Shown: positions 58,394-64,000 of the stretch, piece by piece
Position numbering within the stretch: position 1 is the first letter of the stretch
How the letters are laid out: each line of letters begins with the position of its first letter
Assembly: GCA_963734545.1 (NCBI GenBank)
Contig: CAVTHO010000008.1
Span: forward strand, 544,001 to 608,000
DNA from: an uncultured Spirochaetota bacterium
GTDB taxonomy: Bacteria; Spirochaetota; Spirochaetia; SZUA-6; Fen-1364
Length of the DNA: 64,000 nucleotides
Direction: 5' to 3'
The notes under the pieces: model-generated
What the model saw: only the letters and a program-made list of their open reading frames with translations
Database searches by the model: none
What the model was told of the DNA's origin: nothing
Program-made: the position numbers and the translations under genes

Positions 58394-61111
58394 CTACTTC
58401 GTCGTCAGGTTGAACACCCCGTCCCAGTTGGAGGCGGGCGGCTTTGCCTCGAACTCCTGGCATGACTTGATGTAGCGCTTGGCCGGGCCGTCCTCGGGCA
58501 CGAGCCGCAGCACTTCCCCAAGCGTCGCTCGCGCCTCCGCCCAGTCCTTGGCCTCGAACTGTTCGAGCCCTCTGTGGAAAATCTCCACTGCCTCCTCGAG
58601 GGATTTCTCCGCCCGGCCTTTCTCCTCGATGAGCTCGAACAGGCGGACGGGCTGGTTGATGCCCACCACGCGGACACGATCCAGCTTCCGCACCAGGAAG
58701 TCCTGCCCGAGCGACTCCTGCGTGATCTCGCTGATGAGGATCCACGTGCCGTACTGCTTGTTGACTCCCTCCAGCCGGGCGGCGAGGTTCACCGCGCTGC
58801 CCATCATCGTGTAGTCCATTCTCTGCGGCGTCCCCATGTTGCCCACGGTCATCTCGCCGGTGTTGATCCCGATGCGGGTATGGAGGGCCGAGGGCGCCAG
58901 CTTCTCCGTCAGGAACCTTTCGTTCAAGGCGACCTCCGCCCTCTTCATCCGGATGGCCGCCATGCAGGCGCGCCGCGCATGGTCGGGAAGGTCGAGCGGC
59001 GCTCCGAAGAACGAGATGATCGCATCCCCTTCGTACTTGTCGATCGTTCCCCGCAGCTCGAGGATGATGTCGCTCATCTCGGTGAGGTAGAGGTTGATGA
59101 GGTGCACGAGGGCTGTCGGGTCGAGCACCTCGGAGATCGTGGAGAATCCCCTGACGTCGGTGAACATGGCCGTCATGAATTTCTTCTCGCCGCCGAGGTT
59201 GAGCTTCTCCGGGTTGGCCAGGAGGTCGTTGATGACCTCGGAGGACAGGTAGTGTCCCCACGCGTTCCGCACGAAGCTCTTCTCCCGCTCCGTGCGGAGG
59301 AACTTGACCGCCGTGAGCGCGATGAACGTGAGAAAGACCGCGCCCACCGGAGTGAGCGTGTTGATGTAGATGCCCGTGAGCAGGAAGAGCGCGAGAAAAA
59401 GCCCGAAGAGCACGACGACGACGGCAGCGCCTACCACCAGCGAGCGGAGCGCGTCCATATTGAGGATGACGAAGGTCACGCCAAAGGAGAGGAGAAGAGC
59501 GAGGATGATGCCGTACCACCAGGGCCGCTGGTTGAGGAACTGGCCCTGGAGGATCGTGTTCACCACCGATGCGTGCGTGCCGACGTTCACGTATTCGCCG
59601 ACAAAGGGGTTGACGCCGATATCCGTGGTCGAGGTGGCGGTGACGCCGATGATGCAGAACGCGCCGGGAAGCTTCTTCGCAAGTACCTGGCGGGTCTCCA
59701 TCAGGTCGTCGTAGATCCCGTGCGTGTTGGAGAAGACCTTCGGTACCTCCGCCTTCACCGCTTCCGCGTTGGCGCGCGCGTCCTTCGCAAGGCCGCGGTT
59801 CGCCAGCACCTTGTCCACGTCCGCGAGGATGCTCTTCTCCGCGTCCCCGCCGAGGAATTGTCCGACGCCCTCGAAGAACGCCGCGCGGGCCTTTACGTAC
59901 GTGTCCATCTGGGCCAGGTCTCCGCCGCCGAGCATGTCCTTCTTGAGGCTCTCGCAGTAGGTGTACAGGTCCAGAAGCGCCGTCTCTCCCTTGTAGTAGG
60001 ACAGGTACCCGGATTGGTCCATGAGCTTGAGGTTGTACAGCAGGTCTTCCTCGAGCTGCCGGTGATAGACCAGCTTGTAGAAGCTCAGGTGCCGGAAGCT
60101 CTTGTCATACGTGTGCGGCGACCAGTTGATCATGAAAAGGCCCGTCAGGAGTCAGGGGGATCGTGATGTCCTTCTTTCCCTTTCCCGGCACGCTCGGCCC
60201 CCTTCAGCACGATCGCGCCCTTCTTGAGAATCGACCTGCGGGATTGCCGAGCCAGTCCAGGAGGGGCCGGAAGGCGAGCTGCGCCGAAGTACTTCCCGTT
60301 GAACGACTTGATCAGGTCGATGCGTCGCCTCACCCCGTCAGGGTCGACGATCACGTTGGGAAATCCCGCGCCCGCGCGCCCCCAGAGCCACGGGCAGGAA
60401 TGGCGGGATACAGCGACGCCGCCGTGCGCACGGAGCCTGACTTGCACGGTCACGTTGTTCAAAGCCAGGTTGTCCAGGGCGTACTGCGGCGAGCTCGGGA
60501 GCTCGCATTCGCGTCCGGCGTGTCGGGGGCAGCTACCGTGAGAAACGCCGTGCCGAAAAAACGGGCCGCCTGGCCGAGGTAGGCATCGTTGTCCCGCTCC
60601 ACGCTCTTCACCGTCGTCCAGGAGCCTGCTGCTTGCCCTGATCGGTGAGGCCTTGGAGGTCGGAGACGTATCGGGGCGCGTCCTTGAGCGGTATGTTTCC
60701 CGCACGGATGGCCTCGAAAAGCTGCTCGATGCTGGTCTGGATCTGGGCGAATTCCTGGTTGAAGGCATCCGGGACGTTCTGGCGCAGGACGAAGGTGTCC
60801 AATCCGCGAGGGCTCTTGTTCACGTACTCGATATCGAACATCGCGTAGCCGGCGCCGAACTCGCGCATGAGGATGAGTCCGTTCGCCATCACGTCGCGGC
60901 TCCATGGCCAGACGCCGACCTTGGTTATTGCCAGGTCATCCACATCCAGCAGGAGGATGGACTGGTTTTCGACCACCGCCGGCTTCACGTGCAGGAACAG
61001 GTCGTACACCCTCTGCTCGATCCTGTCCATGGCGCCGACTGCCGCCAGGACCGTGAACACGGCCACCACAAACGCCGGCACGATGAAATCGAAGCGGTTC
61101 TTCGCGAACAT
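58394..61111 (-). CDS. CHASE2-domain class III adenylate cyclase with several apparent frameshifts at ~60130-60630
   Basis: GVWPWSR, FDIEY, DPDGVRRR (CHASE2); three TMs; FTDVRGFS, DKYEGDA, DYTMMGSAVNLAARLE; Lys/Asp specificity residues indicate ATP; TPR-like tail. Confidence 0.88.
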
Positions 61112-61136
61112 GGCCACCTCCGCCGTTCACGCGCTC

Positions 61137-62156
61137 CTACGTGCAGCGCAGAACGATTTTTCCCGTATTCTTCCTGCTCTGAAGGTACATGTGCGCCGCC
61201 CCTGCATCGGCAAGGGGAAAGACCTTCCCGACCGTTGCGCGGTACACCCCGTTCTCGAATCCCTCCAGGGTCCAGTCAAGCGCCTTCATCAGGAGCTCCA
61301 CGCCAGGGGCGGTGTCGAAGAGCTTCAGCATGTTGAGGCCGAATACACCTTTATTGCCCATGGCGAGGCCTATCGGGGTCAGGAGGGGTGTCTTGAGAAG
61401 GCGAAACACTGTCTTCACGATCGAGCGCGTGGGTCCCGATACCAGGGATGAGACCCCGTAGCTCACGACCCTTCCGCCGGGCGCAAGGCGCCCCATGGAG
61501 TCCCGGAGGTCGCGGCCCCCGCGCGCGTCGAGGATCACGTCGAAATCCCTCCCCTCCGGACCGTTCCGATCTCCGAGCTCCTCATAGGTCAGAGCCTGGG
61601 CAGCACCGAGTGAACGCACCAGGTCCTTCTTCTCTGATGAGCCCACCACGCCGATCACCTTCGCTCCGGCGTGCGCTGCCACCTGCACGATGGCGCTTCC
61701 GACCCCGCCGGCCGCGCCGGGGACCAGGACCCGGTCACCGTCCCTCACACGTCCCATTTCCATCAGGGCGATCCAGGCGGTCATGAAGCTCACCGGGATC
61801 GATGCCGCCTCCACGTCAGAGAGGCGCCGCGGCGTCCGGCGGCAGTTCTGGACAGGCAGCACGATCTCGTCCGTGTAGCCGCCGAACCTGCAGGCAGCCA
61901 GGACCCGCTCACCCGGCCTGAACAGGTGCACGTCCGCGCCGACCTCGGCGATCACGCCCGCCACCTCGAAGCCGGGCGCGAAGGGCAGCCGGGGCGCCTC
62001 CGGGTACAGACCCATGCGCATCTGGACGTCGGCAAAGTTGATGCCTGTCGCGCTCACCTGGAGGCGGACCTGGTCCGGTGCCAGGGGCGCGGACGGCCGT
62101 TGAACGGCTCGAAAAACCTCCGGGCCTCCGAATCGTACTATTTGCATTTCGGTCAT
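61137..62156 (-). CDS. VAT-1-like medium-chain (quinone) oxidoreductase
   Basis: GINFAD..MRMGLYP, GAAGGVG, NTGKIVL. Confidence 0.88.
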   Translation of the reverse strand: MTEMQIVRFGGPEVFRAVQRPSAPLAPDQVRLQVSATGINFADVQMRMGLYPEAPRLPFAPGFEVAGVIAEVGADVHLFRPGERVLAACRFGGYTDEIVLPVQNCRRTPRRLSDVEAASIPVSFMTAWIALMEMGRVRDGDRVLVPGAAGGVGSAIVQVAAHAGAKVIGVVGSSEKKDLVRSLGAAQALTYEELGDRNGPEGRDFDVILDARGGRDLRDSMGRLAPGGRVVSYGVSSLVSGPTRSIVKTVFRLLKTPLLTPIGLAMGNKGVFGLNMLKLFDTAPGVELLMKALDWTLEGFENGVYRATVGKVFPLADAGAAHMYLQSRKNTGKIVLRCT

Positions 62157-62300
62157 AAGGGCGCAAATATATCACTGGTGACGGCGGACAGTCCAACAGG
62201 TGTTGGGGGGGGGTGCGATTTCCTGGCTCGCAGCAGCCGCCTGCCTGCCGCCCCATCGCCGCAATTGTCCTCCCCCTCAATATCCTCTATCTTCTCACGC

Positions 62301-63317
62301 ATGCGTAATCCCCCCGCCGGGCGGAGGCTCGACGGCGAGCTCCTGCAGGGAGTAGAGCCTGTCACCCGCCTGCCCTTTGGCGCGAGCAGGTACTATGCGG
62401 CGCTCGCGAAAACCGATGACCCGGACGCCGACCCTATTGCGGCACAGTTCGTCCCGAGGCCGGAGGAGCTCGTCTCCCTCCCCTACGAATCCAGCGATCC
62501 TATCGGTGACAGGCGGTTCCTCGTCACCCCCCGCCTCGTCCATCACTACCGCGACCGGGCGCTTCTCCTTGTGAACGACCGCTGCGCCACGTACTGCCGG
62601 CACTGCTTCCGCCGCCACTTCACGGGCCACGGCGGCGGACGGCTTACGGACGACCAGCTCGAGGAGGCGTGCGCCTACCTCGCCCGCACGCCGTCCATCA
62701 GGGAGCTGCTTCTTTCCGGCGGAGATCCTCTCATGCTCGCCGACCAGGAGCTGCAGAGCGTGATTGCCCGGCTCAAGCAGGTCGATCCAGCCTACATCAT
62801 CCGGATCTGCACCCGGATGCCTGTGGTGCTTCCGTCCCGCATGACCGATTCGCTCGCCTCGATGCTCGCCAGCTTCGACTCCGTGTGGATGGTCATCCAC
62901 ACGAATCATCCGCGCGAGCTCACGAGCGAATTCCGTGACGGAGTGAGGCGCGTCATGAGGGCCGGGATCCCCGTTCTGAACCAGGCCGTTCTCCTGCGGG
63001 GAATCAACGATGATGCCGACACGCTGGAAGCGCTTTTCCGCGGCCTCCTCCGTGCCGGCGTCAAGCCGTACTACCTTTTCCAGGGAGACCTTGCCGCGGG
63101 GACTGCGCATTTCCGGGTTCCCATCGAACGGGGCATCGAGCTGATGCGGGAGCTTCGCGGCCGGCTGTCGGGCATGGCGCTGCCGACCTATGCGGTCGAC
63201 CTTCCGGGCGGGGGCGGGAAAGTGCCGGTGGAGTCCGCGCTCGCGCGCACGGAAGCGGATGCATACGTGTTCGTTGGTCCTGATGGCGGAGAGTACAGGT
63301 ACCCGCGGGAGCTTTGA
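62301..63317 (+). CDS. KamA/EpmB-family lysine 2,3-aminomutase radical SAM protein
   Basis: HHYRDR, CATYCRHCFRR, LSGGDPL, NQAVLLRGIND, PGGGGKVP. Confidence 0.9.
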   Translation: MRNPPAGRRLDGELLQGVEPVTRLPFGASRYYAALAKTDDPDADPIAAQFVPRPEELVSLPYESSDPIGDRRFLVTPRLVHHYRDRALLLVNDRCATYCRHCFRRHFTGHGGGRLTDDQLEEACAYLARTPSIRELLLSGGDPLMLADQELQSVIARLKQVDPAYIIRICTRMPVVLPSRMTDSLASMLASFDSVWMVIHTNHPRELTSEFRDGVRRVMRAGIPVLNQAVLLRGINDDADTLEALFRGLLRAGVKPYYLFQGDLAAGTAHFRVPIERGIELMRELRGRLSGMALPTYAVDLPGGGGKVPVESALARTEADAYVFVGPDGGEYRYPREL

Positions 63318-63325
63318 CGAATCAC

Positions 63326-64000
63326 TCAGCTTCGCAGGTATTGATCGATGGCCTTCGCCGCTTCCCTGCCGTGGAAGATGGCGCGCACGATCAGGGAGGC
63401 GCCCGTGTTGGCATCTCCCGCGGCGAACACGCCCTTTGCGGAGGTGGAGTAGTCGGGGTTGCAGCGGATATTCCCGCGCGGGTCGTATTCGACGCCCAGC
63501 TCCTCGACGATCTTGCCGTGCTTCACGTGGACAAATCCCATGGCCAGGAGCACGAGATCCACCTTCATGGAGAACGCGGACCCGGGCACCTCCTCCATCT
63601 TCATGGCGCCGCCGCGATTTGGCGCCGCCGGCTTCTTCCACTCCACGCGCGCAAAGTGCCCCTCGGTCACGCAGTGGTCGGGGCCGGTGAACTTGTGCGT
63701 GGTAATGGACCAGTCACGCTCGCAGCCCTCCTCGTGGGAGCTGGAGGTGCGGAGGATGTTCGGCCAGGCCGGCCAGCTCGGGTTCGAGGGTTCCTTCCAG
63801 ACCGGAGGCTTCGGCAGGATCTCGAACTGGTAGACCTTCCTGGCGCCCTGGCGGTTGGCCGTGCCCACGCAGTCCGAGCCCGTGTCCCCGCCGCCGATCA
63901 CCACGACCACCTTGTCACGCGCGTTGATGAGCTCCTCTTCGCCGGCCTCGCCGGCGACGAACCGGTTGGAACGGGTCAGATAGTCCATGGCGAAGTGGAT
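63326..64000 (-). CDS. gltD: Glutamate synthase small subunit, 3' part
   Basis: GGGDTGSDCVGTA.RQGA, TSSSHEEG, DLVLLAMGF, FAAGD...GASLIVRAI..GR. Confidence 0.92.
   Translation of the reverse strand: MHFAMDYLTRSNRFVAGEAGEEELINARDKVVVVIGGGDTGSDCVGTANRQGARKVYQFEILPKPPVWKEPSNPSWPAWPNILRTSSSHEEGCERDWSITTHKFTGPDHCVTEGHFARVEWKKPAAPNRGGAMKMEEVPGSAFSMKVDLVLLAMGFVHVKHGKIVEELGVEYDPRGNIRCNPDYSTSAKGVFAAGDANTGASLIVRAIFHGREAAKAIDQYLRS

Noticed and set aside
62301-63317. Glutamate 2,3-aminomutase, suggested by adjacency to gltD
   Set aside because: Retains the acidic residues (FQGD, AVD) typical of lysine-binding enzymes, and is convergent with gltD rather than co-transcribed

Overview
GC-rich bacterial window with about 55 protein genes; the gene content suggests a free-living Spirochaetota genome (inference). 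No rRNA, tRNA, CRISPR or mobile element is visible. Bases 1-44000 are mostly metabolic, transport and regulatory genes. They include two SDRs, an adenosine deaminase-family enzyme and an aminotransferase. Two sugar-catabolic operons (LacI/GH65-beta-PGM fusion/double class II aldolase, and truncated LacI/sugar ABC/GH38-like) share an operator-like palindrome. Also present are a TetR-HlyD-TolC-ABC efflux operon, a GH26, a B12 radical SAM, mobA, ppc, an ECF sigma/anti-sigma pair and a DUF2089-pentapeptide-ABC module. The most striking part is 44140-58390, a tandem array organised A-B-C-D-E / (B tail)-C-D-E / A-B-C-D*-E*. A is a secreted SLH-like protein, B a predicted outer-membrane beta-barrel, C a secreted FecR-domain protein, D a variable beta-propeller lipoprotein and E a GT-A glycosyltransferase with an N-terminal PqqD/RRE-like domain. 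A, B and C copies are nearly identical while D and E diverge in mosaic fashion. The array converges on a CHASE2 adenylate cyclase. Many single-base frameshifts look like long-read errors, so pseudogene calls are tentative.
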